From: an uncultured Bradymonadales bacterium
GTDB taxonomy: Bacteria; Myxococcota_A; Bradymonadia; Bradymonadales; Bradymonadaceae
Length of the DNA stretch: 36,490 nt
Assembly: GCA_964468515.1 (NCBI GenBank)
Contig: CAYXWB010000012.1
Coordinates: 1 to 36,490 of the forward strand
Direction: 5' to 3'
Position 1 is the first letter of the stretch. Every line of letters starts with the position of its first letter. The translations under genes and the position numbers were made by a program. Shown here piece by piece: positions 1 through 11,285 of the stretch. The notes beneath the pieces were generated by a model, which was not told where the DNA came from, searched no databases, and was given only the letters and a program-made list of their open reading frames with translations.

Positions 1-68
1 TCCTCACCGAGCTTGAGCCGCGCTTCGCGCGCGGCCGCCTCACGGCCCGATGGCGAGGCGCCCGACGC

Positions 69-2027
69 TCAAGCGTCGGGCGCCGCGCCATCGGACGCCT
101 CGCCATCGGGCGCTTCTTGCTCAGGCGCGAGCAGCATCGCCTCACCCTCGGGCGTCTCCTCGTCGTCATGGAAGAACGCGCGCAGCTCGCGCGCCACGCG
201 CGCGTTCACACCTGGCGCGGCGCGCAGCGCCTCCTCGCTGGCCGCCTGGATCGCCTTGAGGCTGCCAAAGTGCTTGAGCAGCGCGCGACGCGTCACAGGC
301 CCGATGCCCGGCACCTCATCAAGCGACGAGCGCATGCTCTGCTTGCGTCGCACCTGCTTGTGGAAGCCGATGGCGGTGCGGTGCGCCTCATCGCGCAGCC
401 GCTCCAGTAAGAACAGCTCCGCGCTGTTCTGACGCAGCACGATCGGGTTCTTGCGCCCCGGCACGAACACGCGCTCAGGGCTTCGCGTGACGTCCTCATC
501 TTGAAAGCCGACCTTATCCACGCGGCTCTTGGCGAGGCCGATGACGTCGATCTGGGCGTCAAGGCCAAGCTCCTCTAGCACCTTCATCGCTTGGCCCAGC
601 TGCCCCTTGCCGCCGTCGATCACGAGCAGATCCGGCGCATCCTCACCGCGCTCAATAACACGCGTGAGCCTGCGCGTGAGCAGCTCGTGCATGCTGGCGA
701 AGTCATCTTGGGTGGTGACCGTCTTCATCCGATAGTGGCGATACAGCTTGTTCGCGGGCTCGCCGTCGATGAACACGACCTGCGATCCGACGATCGGATC
801 GCCCTGAAAGTTAGAGATGTCATAGCACTCAATGTGCGCGGGGAAGTTGCGCAGCTTGAGGCTGCTCTGCAGCTTCTCCAGGAGGTCATGCGCGCGCTCT
901 TGCTTGCGATGACGATCCTCAAAGGTGTGCTGCGCGTTGGTCATGGCGGTGTCGACGATGGCGCGCTTGGCGCCGCGCTGCGGGGCGAGCACGGCGACCT
1001 TCTTGCCGCGCCGCTCGCTCAGCAGCTCCGAGAGCGCGCCGCGCTCGGCCTCCCCCAGCTCCAGCGGCAGCAGCACCTCATCCGGCACCACCATCTCGCC
1101 CTGGTAGTACAGGTTCACGAAGCTTGAGAGCAGCTCCTCATCGGGGAATTCTTGGTCAGTGAAGCTGAACGCGCGCGCGCCCTCCAGCCGCCCGCGCCGC
1201 ACCGTGAGCAGCTGCACCAGCGCGCGATCGCCCTCGCGGTACAGCCCGATGGCGTCGCGATCGGTGTGATCCTCGCTGACCACCTGCTGACGCTCCAGCG
1301 CTTGGCGAATGGAGCTGATCTGGTCGCGATAGTGCGCGGCCTGCTCAAACGCCATCGCCTCGCTGGCCTCCATCATGCGCTCGAGCAGCTCCTCCAGCAG
1401 CTCGTCAGCGCGCCCGCTCAAGAACATCATCGCCTGCTCGACGTGGCGACCGTAGACCTCTTGGGGGATGGGGAAGACGCAGGGGCCAGGGCAGCGCTTG
1501 ATCTGATACTGCAAGCAGGGGCGCGTGCGCCGCTCAAGCACCGCGTCAGTGCAGGTGCGCAGCTGGAAGTGGCGGTTGAGCACATGCAGCGCGCGGCGGA
1601 TGTCACCGGAGCTCTCATAGGGGCCAAAATAGCGCGCGCCATCTTGCGGGTCGCGCTTGCGCACGACCTCGACGCGCGGCCAGCGGTGCGTGGTGTCCAC
1701 GCGCAGCGACATGTAGGCCTTGTCATCCTTGAGGCGCACGTTGTAGCGCGGCAGATGCAGCTTGATCAGCGTGCTCTCTAAGATCAGCGCGTCCTTCTCG
1801 GTGGGCGTGATGATCGTCTCAATCTCGCTGAGCAGCCCAGGCAGCCGCTTGACGAAGGGGCGCGGATCGCCCGATGCTTGGAAGTAGTTTCGGACACGGT
1901 TCTTGAGATCCTTGGCCTTGCCGATGTAGATGATCGTGCCGGAGCGATCTTTCATCAGATAGCAGCCCGGCGCGTGCGGCATCACCGCGAGCCGGGCCTC
2001 ATAATCAAAGCTCACATCAGTCGTCAT
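69..2027 (-). CDS. uvrC: Excinuclease ABC subunit C (UvrC).
   Basis: N-terminal GIY-YIG motif (YLMKDRSGTIIYIGKAKDLKNRVRNYF), a central UvrC Cys cluster, and a C-terminal RNaseH-like/HhH region. Full length is about 650 aa. The ORF-track start at 2045 is TTG. The in-frame ATG at 2027 (MTTDVSFDY...) has GAGGTG about 9 nt upstream. Confidence 0.93.
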   Translation of the reverse strand: MTTDVSFDYEARLAVMPHAPGCYLMKDRSGTIIYIGKAKDLKNRVRNYFQASGDPRPFVKRLPGLLSEIETIITPTEKDALILESTLIKLHLPRYNVRLKDDKAYMSLRVDTTHRWPRVEVVRKRDPQDGARYFGPYESSGDIRRALHVLNRHFQLRTCTDAVLERRTRPCLQYQIKRCPGPCVFPIPQEVYGRHVEQAMMFLSGRADELLEELLERMMEASEAMAFEQAAHYRDQISSIRQALERQQVVSEDHTDRDAIGLYREGDRALVQLLTVRRGRLEGARAFSFTDQEFPDEELLSSFVNLYYQGEMVVPDEVLLPLELGEAERGALSELLSERRGKKVAVLAPQRGAKRAIVDTAMTNAQHTFEDRHRKQERAHDLLEKLQSSLKLRNFPAHIECYDISNFQGDPIVGSQVVFIDGEPANKLYRHYRMKTVTTQDDFASMHELLTRRLTRVIERGEDAPDLLVIDGGKGQLGQAMKVLEELGLDAQIDVIGLAKSRVDKVGFQDEDVTRSPERVFVPGRKNPIVLRQNSAELFLLERLRDEAHRTAIGFHKQVRRKQSMRSSLDEVPGIGPVTRRALLKHFGSLKAIQAASEEALRAAPGVNARVARELRAFFHDDEETPEGEAMLLAPEQEAPDGEASDGAAPDA

Positions 2028-2132
2028 GGGAGAGCACCTCGCCAAGAGGGTGCGCGCGTGGCGCTCATCGCCGCGCGCCTTGAGCGCGTCTACCGCCGCG
2101 CGCCAGCGCGCGTCTACTTAGGAGAAACAGTC

Positions 2133-2720
2133 ATGTCCGTCTCGAACATCCTGACGCTGCTGCGCAGCCCCAAGCTCGACCTCGACGCGCTGGAGCGCGC
2201 CTTGGACGCGGCCTCGCATGCCGACCGCATGGAGGTGCTCGACGCGCTGAGCCCCAGGCTCCAGCGCGCGCTGTGGGACGCGGCCCAAGGCCGCGCCATC
2301 ACGCTCGATCACTTCGTGCCGCCGAGCACGCCGCCGATGCGCCCCGTGATCCATGAGGGCATCAACACGCTGCCGAGCTTTCGCCACTTTCAGAAGCGCT
2401 TCTGCAAGCCCAGCGCGCCGAGCGCGCGCGAGCAGCTGATCGGCTACAACCATCAGACCTTCTCAGCGGCGACCGGTCCAGGCTACTTTGTCTGCTATGA
2501 GGATCAGCCAAGCGGTGAGGTCTGGATTGATTATCGTGAGCTCCCGACGGAGCGCCCGGAGTCGTGGCCTAAGCTGAAGCCGAACTCCGATCGGCTCGGG
2601 CGACTGGTCTACCATGGCATGGTCGATCGAATGCGCCGCGTCTCGCAGCATGTGAGCATCGGGCGCGCGTACAAGAAGGCGCCGATGAGCGCGTGGTTCG
2701 TGCTGGTGCGCCGCCCCTGA
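2133..2720 (+). CDS. Hypothetical protein of 195 aa.
   Basis: The ORF 1878-2720 overlaps uvrC on the opposite strand at its 5' end. The in-frame ATG at 2133 (MSVSNILTLL...) is preceded by GGAGAAA 6 nt upstream. The composition is not Arg/Ala-biased and looks like a real protein. No family was recognised. Confidence 0.55.
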   Translation: MSVSNILTLLRSPKLDLDALERALDAASHADRMEVLDALSPRLQRALWDAAQGRAITLDHFVPPSTPPMRPVIHEGINTLPSFRHFQKRFCKPSAPSAREQLIGYNHQTFSAATGPGYFVCYEDQPSGEVWIDYRELPTERPESWPKLKPNSDRLGRLVYHGMVDRMRRVSQHVSIGRAYKKAPMSAWFVLVRRP

Positions 2721-2731
2721 GCTGGGGCAGG

Positions 2732-2753
2732 GCGGCGCCACGCGTGGCGCCGC
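2732..2753. terminator. Perfect 22-bp palindrome between convergent genes, likely a bidirectional terminator hairpin.
   Basis: gcggcgccacgcgtggcgccgc is its own reverse complement. It lies between the stop of the 2133-2720 gene and the stop of prmC. Confidence 0.35.
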
Positions 2754-3632
2754 TCACTGAGGCGCGAAGCCCATCACCACGCGGTCATGCCTGGCGAGGT
2801 CTTGCTTGACCACGACGCGCTCATAGCCTGCCTCTTCGAACAGCGCGCGCACAGCCGCGCCTTGGCGAAAGCCCATCTCACACAGCAGCGCGCCGCCGGG
2901 CTTCAGGTGTGAGAGGGCTTGGGGGATGAGCGCGCGCAGCACGTCGAGGCCATCGGCGCCCGCGAACAGCGCGAGGTGAGGCTCGTGCTCGCGCGTCTCT
3001 GTGGCGACGAGCGCCAGCTCGTCGGTGCCCACATAGGGCGGGTTGCTGACGATCACGTCGAACGGACCATCGCTTGAGGTGAGCGCGTCGAACAGGTCAC
3101 CTTGGGCCAGTCGCACGCGCTCGGTGAGACCGAGCGCGTCGGCGTTCTCGCGCGCGAGCGCGAGCGCGTCGTCGCTGATGTCGGTGGCGATGACCTGCGC
3201 CTGAGGACGCTCGCTGGCGATCGCCAGCGCGATGGCGCCCGTGCCGGTGCCAATGTCGAGCGCCTGGGAGGGCGCGCCTTTGGGCAATTGGGCGCAGGCC
3301 AGCTCCACCAAGCGCTCGGAGTCGGGGCGCGGGATGAGGGCGCGCGCGTCGGTCTTCAGATCGAGCGTCCAGAAGCCGCGCGAGCCGGTGATATAGGCCA
3401 CCGGCTCATGGGCCGCGCGCCGCTTCACGAGCTTGCGAAAGGTGGCAAGCTCGCTGGGCTCCATGGGCCTGTCAAACGAGGCGTAGAGCATGATCCGCTG
3501 CATCCCCAGCGCGTAGCTCAACAGCAGCTCGGCCTCCAAGCGCGGGGCGTTGAGCTGGCGCTTCTTGAAGAAGTCCGTGGTCCACTCCAGCAGCTTGAGC
3601 ACGGTCCAGCTCTCTGGCTTATCATCACTCAT
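2754..3632 (-). CDS. prmC: Release-factor glutamine N5-methyltransferase (PrmC/HemK).
   Basis: Class I SAM-methyltransferase motifs (LDIGTGTGAIALAIA) and the NPPY catalytic motif (VIVSNPPYV). Start is placed at the in-frame ATG 3632 (MSDDKPESW...) with GGGAGC upstream. The longer ORF-track N-terminus is Ala/Arg-rich and unlikely to be real. Confidence 0.9.
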   Translation of the reverse strand: MSDDKPESWTVLKLLEWTTDFFKKRQLNAPRLEAELLLSYALGMQRIMLYASFDRPMEPSELATFRKLVKRRAAHEPVAYITGSRGFWTLDLKTDARALIPRPDSERLVELACAQLPKGAPSQALDIGTGTGAIALAIASERPQAQVIATDISDDALALARENADALGLTERVRLAQGDLFDALTSSDGPFDVIVSNPPYVGTDELALVATETREHEPHLALFAGADGLDVLRALIPQALSHLKPGGALLCEMGFRQGAAVRALFEEAGYERVVVKQDLARHDRVVMGFAPQ

Positions 3633-3788
3633 CGCGAGGCTCCCTTGGCCAGCAGTCACGGCGTCATCACGCGCGTCTGTGGGTGTAGCACTCTGCGCGC
3701 GCGGGCTCAACGCGCAAACGCGCGCGACCTGCACATCGGGGCAGGTCGCGCGCGTGAGGGTGAGGCGCGCCGCGGTCGGCGCGCGGCT

Positions 3789-5411
3789 TTAGAACTGCAA
3801 GGCGGCCGTGATCGAGACGACCCAGGTGTTCATCGCCTGGATGCGAAAGCGCTCCCCAGAGCCATCAAGGGTGGGGTTGTGGACGGGGTTGCGCTCTAGG
3901 CGCGCGTCGGGGCCGGTGAGATCGACGGTGGTGTCAGCCGTCTGCTCCAAGCTGTCATCGACGTCGCGGCCTGTGCGCGCGTTGCTGATGAAGTGCTCTT
4001 GCTGGTGCTCTAGGCCGACGTTGGCCTTGAGCTGGAAGTACTTGCTCGGCTGCACGTAGATGCCGACCATACCACGGAACATGCCATGGGCCTCGACGGT
4101 CATGATGCCATCGGTGGCGAACTCGAGCGTCTCAATGCGGCCATCTTGGAGCAGCTCATTGAGATCGTAGGCGGGCACAGCGGCGCGCGCGTTGGAGGGC
4201 TGACGCACGATCCAGGCGCAGGCGACATCCTCGGCGTTCTGCAGCTCACCGCCCTGATAGTTAGGCAGGACTTGGCGTAGGGTCTTGCGGTTGCAGCGGC
4301 TGTTGACCATGTGATCATAGAGCGCGGTGTAGTCGCGCCCCTCGCTGGTGTAGCCGAAGTCAAAGCGCAGATCGATGCCCACGCGCGAGCCGGTCTGGCG
4401 GTTCTCGTGAGGCACGAACTCCGCGCCGAGCGTGAACTCACCGCGCATGGGCGGGTTCTTGAACACTTGGCCTTGGTTCTGCGGGTCGACCTCGCGGATG
4501 GGCGAGTCGGTGGCGGCGAAGGGCAAGAAATATTGGACGCCGAAGTAGGGCTCCACCCAGTCAAAGCGCTTGGAGCTGGCGATCTTGAACTGAAGCTCGT
4601 GGACGCCTCGGCCGATGGCGCGGTTGTCCGCGCGGGCGATAGGCACGATGGGCATCACATAGTCGAGCCCGAGCAAGAGGTTGGCCTTGGTGTCATCGCG
4701 CTGGTCGTTGAACACGGACCAGTGCAAGCCGACGCTGGGCTCGGAGAAGCCTGAGCGCAAGTACTCGCGCTGCTCGTCGAGGCTGAACAGCTGATAGCCG
4801 GAGAACTGGTCGAGCTTCTCAATGCGCTGTGAGTCGGTGTCGGTGGGGCTGAAGGTCTGCCCGATCTCACGCTCAATGCAGCGCCCTGGCTCGTTGTTGT
4901 CGCAGCTGAGGGCTGGGTCGACCGATGAGTTGCGGTTGTCCACGCTGCGCAGCGGGTCGCTGTTGTCATAGCGAAGCGAGCGCGTGTTGACGAAGACGTA
5001 GGGGACGTTGAGGTGCAGCTCCAGGTCTTTAAACAGCCCCACGCGCGCCTGGATGTCAATCTGGCTGCGGGTGCTGTTGTAGATCATCTCGCGGTTGTTG
5101 ATGATCCTGGCCTCACGACAGCGCGTGTCGCTGGTCTCCAGGCGCGGGTTGTTGGGGGTGAGCGGGTCACCGCCGGGGACGCAGGGCGCCTCGCGCGCGA
5201 TCTGGGCGCTGGTGTTGCGATAGCTGAAGGCCGCTTCGAGGTTAAAGTCGAACGGATCCCAGGTGTTCGGGTCGAGATCATCGAAGTCGTCGGCGGCGTC
5301 GAGCAGATCAGTGAACTCGGCCGCGAGGCTGGGCGTCGGGCACAGCGTAGCGCTCGCCCACAGCAGGGCGCTAGCGCACAGGGTCGCGCTCCAGGAGCGT
5401 GAGCGATGCAT
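3789..5411 (-). CDS. Secreted protein of 540 aa, probably an outer-membrane beta-barrel.
   Basis: N-terminal signal peptide (MHRSRSWSATLCASALLWASATLCPTPSLAAE). Alternating amphipathic segments rich in G/Y/F/N/D, and a C-terminal ...AALQF ending in Phe, which is the typical OMP C-terminal signature. A strong SD (GAGGAG) sits 8 nt upstream of the ATG at 5411. Confidence 0.6.
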   Translation of the reverse strand: MHRSRSWSATLCASALLWASATLCPTPSLAAEFTDLLDAADDFDDLDPNTWDPFDFNLEAAFSYRNTSAQIAREAPCVPGGDPLTPNNPRLETSDTRCREARIINNREMIYNSTRSQIDIQARVGLFKDLELHLNVPYVFVNTRSLRYDNSDPLRSVDNRNSSVDPALSCDNNEPGRCIEREIGQTFSPTDTDSQRIEKLDQFSGYQLFSLDEQREYLRSGFSEPSVGLHWSVFNDQRDDTKANLLLGLDYVMPIVPIARADNRAIGRGVHELQFKIASSKRFDWVEPYFGVQYFLPFAATDSPIREVDPQNQGQVFKNPPMRGEFTLGAEFVPHENRQTGSRVGIDLRFDFGYTSEGRDYTALYDHMVNSRCNRKTLRQVLPNYQGGELQNAEDVACAWIVRQPSNARAAVPAYDLNELLQDGRIETLEFATDGIMTVEAHGMFRGMVGIYVQPSKYFQLKANVGLEHQQEHFISNARTGRDVDDSLEQTADTTVDLTGPDARLERNPVHNPTLDGSGERFRIQAMNTWVVSITAALQF

Positions 5412-5974
5412 GAGAGGACTCCTCTGCGCTTGAGGCCGCCTGCGGACTTTTTAGGGGCAAGGCCAGCGGCGCGACACGACGTGTGGCCTTCGGGCGTTGC
5501 GCTATAGGGGGCGCCTCGACGAGCGCGAGGGCTTGAGGCGCATCCTGAGCGACCGAGAGCTTGCTGACCGTGCTACCAGCGAGGCGCGCTGATGTCAAGT
5601 CAGTGGCGCGCGCCGCGTGGCGCTCGGTGTGAGCGCGCTCGCGCGCGCATGAGGCGTCACGGCTTCCCAGCGATAATCACACCTTGGCTCATGGCCAGTC
5701 CAGAAGTGCGCTCCGCGCTCATTTTTTGCGTTGGCCCGCTCCTGCCACCGTGTTACACCTCCTGACATGCGCGTCGTAGGCGGTTTGACTCCTGGTCAAG
5801 TTTTTCCCTCACGTCGCACATGGCAGGGCATGCCCGCTCATTTTGGCATCCCCCTGCGCTCCCCCTAGCCAAGCCTCTATGCGCTGATGTGACAGCTGTC
5901 TGGCGCTGCTCTGAGCATGCTCTCAAGCGTGAACGCTCTCTCTAGGACTCTTATCAAGGATCTGGGACCCTCGC

Positions 5975-6598
5975 ATGACCAACCACACCGCGCAGACCCC
6001 ACCCGCCCTTGACGCTGCGATGACCGTTGGGGCGACATTGCGCCAAGCCCGCGAACACCTCGGCCTCTCCTTGGCTGAGGTCGCCGCGGTGACTCGCATC
6101 CCCCGTCAGATGCTCGAACACCTCGAGCGCGATCGCTTCGCGGAGTACTCGGCGCCCGTGTTCGTGCGCGGTCACCTCTCTAACTACGCGCGCGAGCTGC
6201 GCTTGGATCTTCACCAGCTCATGCGCGCTTATGAGCGTCAGACCGGTCAGCGCCCGGCGCAAGCCCCCGCTGAGAGCGTCGCCGTCTCGCCCGTGGTCGC
6301 CGCCGCGCGCCCCGCCGTCGCGCGCGCTCGTCAGGCCGCGCGCCGCGCGCGCCCCAGCGCCGCGCGCCAACACCCCGGCGTCGCGCGCTTGGCTGAGAGC
6401 GTGCGCCCGCGCCACATGGCCGGCGTCTTCCTCATCCTGTGCGCCCTGTTCGCCGCCTTCACCCTCATCCACGGCAACCGCGCCACCGCTCAAGATCAAG
6501 CTCACTTCCCTGAGACCTCGCAGGATGACTGGAGCCTGGAGCGTGACGTCAAGAAGACACGCTGGCTGCTTGAGCAGCCCCCCGCTCAGCAAGACTGA
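5975..6598 (+). CDS. RodZ-like membrane protein with an XRE-type HTH domain.
   Basis: The N-terminus GATLRQAREHLGLSLAEVAAVTRIPRQMLEHLERDRF...VRGHLSNYARELRLD matches the RodZ/HTH_25 pattern. It is followed by a basic linker and one TM helix (MAGVFLILCALFAAFTLI). An alternative start at 6020 is possible. Confidence 0.62.
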   Translation: MTNHTAQTPPALDAAMTVGATLRQAREHLGLSLAEVAAVTRIPRQMLEHLERDRFAEYSAPVFVRGHLSNYARELRLDLHQLMRAYERQTGQRPAQAPAESVAVSPVVAAARPAVARARQAARRARPSAARQHPGVARLAESVRPRHMAGVFLILCALFAAFTLIHGNRATAQDQAHFPETSQDDWSLERDVKKTRWLLEQPPAQQD

Positions 6599-6630
6599 GC
6601 CCGCTTCGTTCGCCCCTCTCTGTGCGCTCG

Positions 6631-6660
6631 CTGGCCTGGCATCTTCACATGTCAGGCCAG
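6631..6660 (+). terminator. Stem-loop 33 nt downstream of the rodZ-like stop, a candidate intrinsic terminator.
   Basis: ctggcctggcat cttcac atgtcaggccag forms a stem of about 12 bp (one G-U pair) with a 6-nt loop. It is followed by CTGTCTTCTG. Confidence 0.35.
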
Positions 6661-6699
6661 CTGTCTTCTGCGCTCTCCCCCTCGTGAGGAGGTCCACCC

Positions 6700-8085
6700 A
6701 TGCAGAGCGACGCTCAGAAGCTCTTGGTGGCCACCATCAAGAAGCTGCTCCATCGCCACGGCAAGCCCCAGCTCGTGCGCATCATCCAGCGCTCGCATCC
6801 CGCTGACCTCGCCTACGCCTTCAGCTTCCTCACCGATGGTGAGCGCCTGGAGCTGTTCACCCTCATCGAGGATCTGGAGCTGGCCGCGCGCCTGCTCAGC
6901 GAGCTTGAGCCGCGCATCCTCTCCTCCTTCTTGCGCCAGCTCGAAGATCGCAAGCTCGCCCAAGTCTTCGAGGCCATGTCCTCCGATGACACCGCCGATC
7001 TGCTGGAGCTGATCGACGACGAGGATCGTCGCGAGCTGCTCATGACCATGATGCGCCGCGATGACCTCGCCACCACCCAGGCCCTGCTGGAGCATGACCC
7101 CGAGTCGGCCGGTGGCCTCATGGTCCCCGACTTCTTCGCGCTGGAGGAGACCACCACCGCTGGCGAGGGCGTGCGACGCCTGCAAGAAGACGCGGGCCAG
7201 ACCGAGATGGTCTTCTATATCTATGTCGTCAACGAGCACGGCCACCTCGTCGGCGTCACCAGCCTGCGCGAGCTGGTGCTCGCGCCTAGGCAGCGCCTGC
7301 TCAAGAGCTTCATGACCCCCGAGGTCATCCGCGTCGCTGTCGACACCGACCAAGAAGAGGTCGCGCGCCTCATCGCCCGCTACAACCTCGTCGCCTTGCC
7401 CGTGGTCGATGAGGGCAATCACCTGGTGGGCGTGATCACGGTCGATGACATCATCGACGTGATGCGCTTAGAGGCCACCGAGGACATGATGCTCATGGCA
7501 GGCGCTGGCGAGTCGCAGATGGATGACTACGGCTCAGGCCTGGTCAACTTCCGCCGCCGCGCCCCCTGGCTCGCGCCCACGCTCGTGGGCGGCTTGCTGG
7601 CCATGCTCACCCTGTGGTGGTTTGAGCAGGAGATCGCGCTGGTGCTGCCGCTGGTGGGCTTCATCCCGCTGCTGATGAGCTTGGCAGATAACGTCTCGGC
7701 GCAGTCCTCCACCATCGTCACGCGCGGCTTGGCGCTGGGGCGCACGGACTTCGTGCAGGCGTCGCGCGTCTTCTTCAGCGAGCTGGGCGCGGGCGCGCTG
7801 GTCGGCCTGTCCGCAGGCCTCGTCTGCGGCGCGCTCGCCTACGCGCTGCTTCGCGCGCACCCGCACATGATCGCCGTCGGGCCGCTGCGCTTTGTGGCGG
7901 CGAGCGCCGCGCTGCTGGCCTTGTGCATGCCGCTCGCGTCGCTCGCGGGCGCGTTCATGCCGCTGGGCTTCGCGCGCTTTAAGCTCGACCCCGCCATCGC
8001 CACAGGCGCGCTCGTCACCACCGCTGTGGACTTGGGCGTGGTGCTGCTCTATCTAGGCGGCATGAAGCTCGCGTTGGGGCTCTAA
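6700..8085 (+). CDS. mgtE: Magnesium transporter MgtE.
   Basis: MgtE N-domain, tandem CBS domains (VVNEHGHLVGVTSLREL...ALPVVDEGNHLVGVITVDDIIDV) and a C-terminal 5-TM MgtE channel domain. GAGGAGG lies 8 nt upstream of the ATG at 6700. Confidence 0.93.
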   Translation: MQSDAQKLLVATIKKLLHRHGKPQLVRIIQRSHPADLAYAFSFLTDGERLELFTLIEDLELAARLLSELEPRILSSFLRQLEDRKLAQVFEAMSSDDTADLLELIDDEDRRELLMTMMRRDDLATTQALLEHDPESAGGLMVPDFFALEETTTAGEGVRRLQEDAGQTEMVFYIYVVNEHGHLVGVTSLRELVLAPRQRLLKSFMTPEVIRVAVDTDQEEVARLIARYNLVALPVVDEGNHLVGVITVDDIIDVMRLEATEDMMLMAGAGESQMDDYGSGLVNFRRRAPWLAPTLVGGLLAMLTLWWFEQEIALVLPLVGFIPLLMSLADNVSAQSSTIVTRGLALGRTDFVQASRVFFSELGAGALVGLSAGLVCGALAYALLRAHPHMIAVGPLRFVAASAALLALCMPLASLAGAFMPLGFARFKLDPAIATGALVTTAVDLGVVLLYLGGMKLALGL

Positions 8086-8099
8086 GCTCGCGACACAGC

Positions 8100-9371
<1,272 letters not shown>

Positions 9372-9408
9372 GAGGCGGCTCGTGCGGGCAGAGGGGGGGT
9401 GCGGCGCT

Positions 9409-11001
9409 TTAGTCGAGGCCGATGCGCACGGGGGCGAACGCAGGATCATCCTTCGGCTTGGGCGGCGTGACGATCTTGGAGGTCTTGGGCTGCGTCGTGG
9501 GCTTGGGCTTGGCGGTCACAGGGCGCTTGGGCGAAGGCTTGTCTTCGGGCGCGCTCGGGGGCTCATCCTGCGGGGGCGGCTCAGGCTTTGAGGGGGCAGC
9601 GCCGGCGCGGACAGGCGGCGCAGAGGGCGCATCATCCTGCGGGATGATCGGCTCAGGCGCAGGCATCACAAGCTCGGGCTTGACGGGTGAGGGCAGGGTG
9701 GTCAGCGCGTCCTCGACGGGTGGCGAGGGGGCGCTGGGGCGCAAAAGGTCGGTGCCAAAGAAGATGCCGATGGCGCCGAGCCCGAGGAGCACGCCGCCTA
9801 GCAGCAGCAAGGTGAGCCTGCGCGAGCGCTGGTGCTCGTGAAAGGCCCCGAGCTGGTCGGAGGTGATCGCGCTGGGCGGCGTGATGACAGGGCGCGCCTT
9901 GGCGTCAGCCAACCCCGCGGGGGTCATGGGGCCGCTCGGGCGAGGGTCGCGCTGCAGGCCGACGTGGGGCGGTGTGGTGGACATGAAGCCAGGGCGAGGG
10001 GCGATGGTGGTGGCGGGCGCGGCCTCCCACTCGCTGACCTCCGCGTTTGACAGGTTGGTGAGCGTGCTATGGGGCAGGCGCGCGGCGGCCCGGACGCTCG
10101 GCGCCTCGGTGGCCTTGCGGTGCTCCATCGCCACCTCCAGGCGGCGCAGCTCCTCGGCCAGTGACTTGCCGGATTGAAAGCGCTGGCTGGCGTCCTTGGC
10201 CATCAGCTTGTGCACGATCGCCTTCAGCTCAGGCGGCGCGTCCAGGCGCGTGATCGGCGGCAGCGGCGCGCTGATGTGCAGCATGATCGTGTCGATGGCC
10301 GTGTCGCCCCAGAACGGCAGCTTGCCCTCCAGCATCTCAAACAGCATGATCCCCAAGCTGTAGAGGTCGCTTGCTGGCATCAGATCGCGCTCACCGCGCG
10401 CCTGCTCCGGGCTGATATAGGCCGGGGTGCCGAACACCTCGCCCGCGCGCGTCAGCCGGTTTTCTTGCTCGGCGGTCAGATCTCCCGAGGAGTCGCGGAA
10501 GATACGCGCGATGCCAAAGTCGAGCACCTTCACCAGCTCCGAGTCATCCGTCATGCGCGCCAGCATGATGTTCTCGGGCTTCAGATCGCGATGCAAGATG
10601 CCCTGGTGGTGCGCGTGATCTAGCGCCAGCGCGATCTGGCGCGTGATCGCCACCGCCTCGGCTGCGGGTACGCCGTGGATCACACGCTTGTGCATGGGCT
10701 CCCCCTCGACGTACTCCATCACCGTATAAAACGCTTCAAGCTCCGTGGAGTAGCCAAAGTCGAACAGCGTGATGCAGTTGGGGTGATGCAGCCGCCCGAT
10801 CGCCTTGGCCTCGACCTCAAAGCGCTGCTGGATGCGATCGTGGGAGCTGAGCCCGGCGTGCAGCAGCTTGATCGCCACGGGGCGATCAACCATCAGCTGG
10901 ATCGCCTTGTAAACGGCCCCCATGCCTCCCTCCCCGATCTTGCGACCGAGGCTGTATTTGCCATCGATGACGGTGCCGACGGCGATCTCATCCTGTGTCA
11001 T
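9409..11001 (-). CDS. Transmembrane Ser/Thr protein kinase.
   Basis: Hanks kinase subdomains: GxGxxG ([12 protein letters not shown]), [21 protein letters not shown] and APE. A single TM helix ([21 protein letters not shown]) is followed by a Pro-rich extracytoplasmic tail. The ORF-track start at 11073 is GTG. The in-frame ATGs at 11043 and 11001 are alternatives, and 11001 gives the usual short lead-in before the kinase domain. Confidence 0.85.
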   Translation of the reverse strand: MTQDEIAVGTVIDGKYSLGRKIGEGGMGAVYKAIQLMVDRPVAIKLLHAGLSSHDRIQQRFEVEAKAIGRLHHPNCITLFDFGYSTELEAFYTVMEYVEGEPMHKRVIHGVPAAEAVAITRQIALALDHAHHQGILHRDLKPENIMLARMTDDSELVKVLDFGIARIFRDSSGDLTAEQENRLTRAGEVFGTPAYISPEQARGERDLMPASDLYSLGIMLFEMLEGKLPFWGDTAIDTIMLHISAPLPPITRLDAPPELKAIVHKLMAKDASQRFQSGKSLAEELRRLEVAMEHRKATEAPSVRAAARLPHSTLTNLSNAEVSEWEAAPATTIAPRPGFMSTTPPHVGLQRDPRPSGPMTPAGLADAKARPVITPPSAITSDQLGAFHEHQRSRRLTLLLLGGVLLGLGAIGIFFGTDLLRPSAPSPPVEDALTTLPSPVKPELVMPAPEPIIPQDDAPSAPPVRAGAAPSKPEPPPQDEPPSAPEDKPSPKRPVTAKPKPTTQPKTSKIVTPPKPKDDPAFAPVRIGLD

Positions 11002-11221
11002 GCGCAAGAACGCTCGCAGGGTTGGCCACGGATGCGTCGCCATGAAGGCGACGCATCGGTGAGCTTCAGACACCGTTCACGCTGAACCACCTGGAGCGAA
11101 ACGCTCTCGCTTGGCGGCTCGGACGACGTGCTCTCGCGCCATCATATCGGAGGAAGCGCGACGCGACAAGCGACTTGCCTGCTGCCTCGCTCCCCTCACG
11201 GCCGCGCGCGCGCGTGGTGAG

Positions 11222-11249
11222 TTGACGCGCGCGCCCACGCCGCTATGCT
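11222..11249 (+). promoter_or_regulatory. Near-consensus sigma70-like promoter upstream of the lipoprotein gene.
   Basis: TTGACG, then a 16-nt spacer, then TATGCT. It lies about 37 nt upstream of the GTG at 11286. Confidence 0.3.
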
Positions 11250-11285
11250 CGTGTCGCCCTCGCCACGCATCCCCAGGAGTCCCCC

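Noticed and set aside
591-1781. Plus-strand ORFs 591-1127 and 1152-1781 inside uvrC.
   Set aside because: They lie antisense to a confidently identified uvrC. Their Arg/Ala/Leu-rich composition is typical of wrong-frame translation in high-GC DNA.
1878-2132. N-terminal extensions proposed by the ORF track (for example 1878-2132, 3633-3734, 9372-9449, 25582-25650, 27279-27356, 28554-28574).
   Set aside because: The track reports the longest ORF and prints M for GTG/TTG. These extensions overlap neighbouring genes or are Arg/Ala-rich. Internal ATG codons with SD-like sequences give canonical N-termini.
3102-3899. Plus-strand ORF of 265 aa overlapping prmC and the OMP gene.
   Set aside because: Antisense artefact with an Arg/Gly-rich, low-complexity translation.
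5838-5853. Sigma54-like TGGCAT-N-GC element upstream of the rodZ-like gene.
   Set aside because: Spacing between the GG and GC dinucleotides is 9 nt, not 10, which is normally not tolerated.
5954-6697. Minus-strand ORF of 247 aa.
   Set aside because: It is entirely antisense to the rodZ-like HTH gene, which has a clear domain signature.
6599-6699. Possible M-box (Mg) riboswitch upstream of mgtE.
   Set aside because: Only about 100 nt separate the genes, whereas an M-box needs about 160 nt. The sole structured element is a simple hairpin better explained as the upstream gene's terminator.
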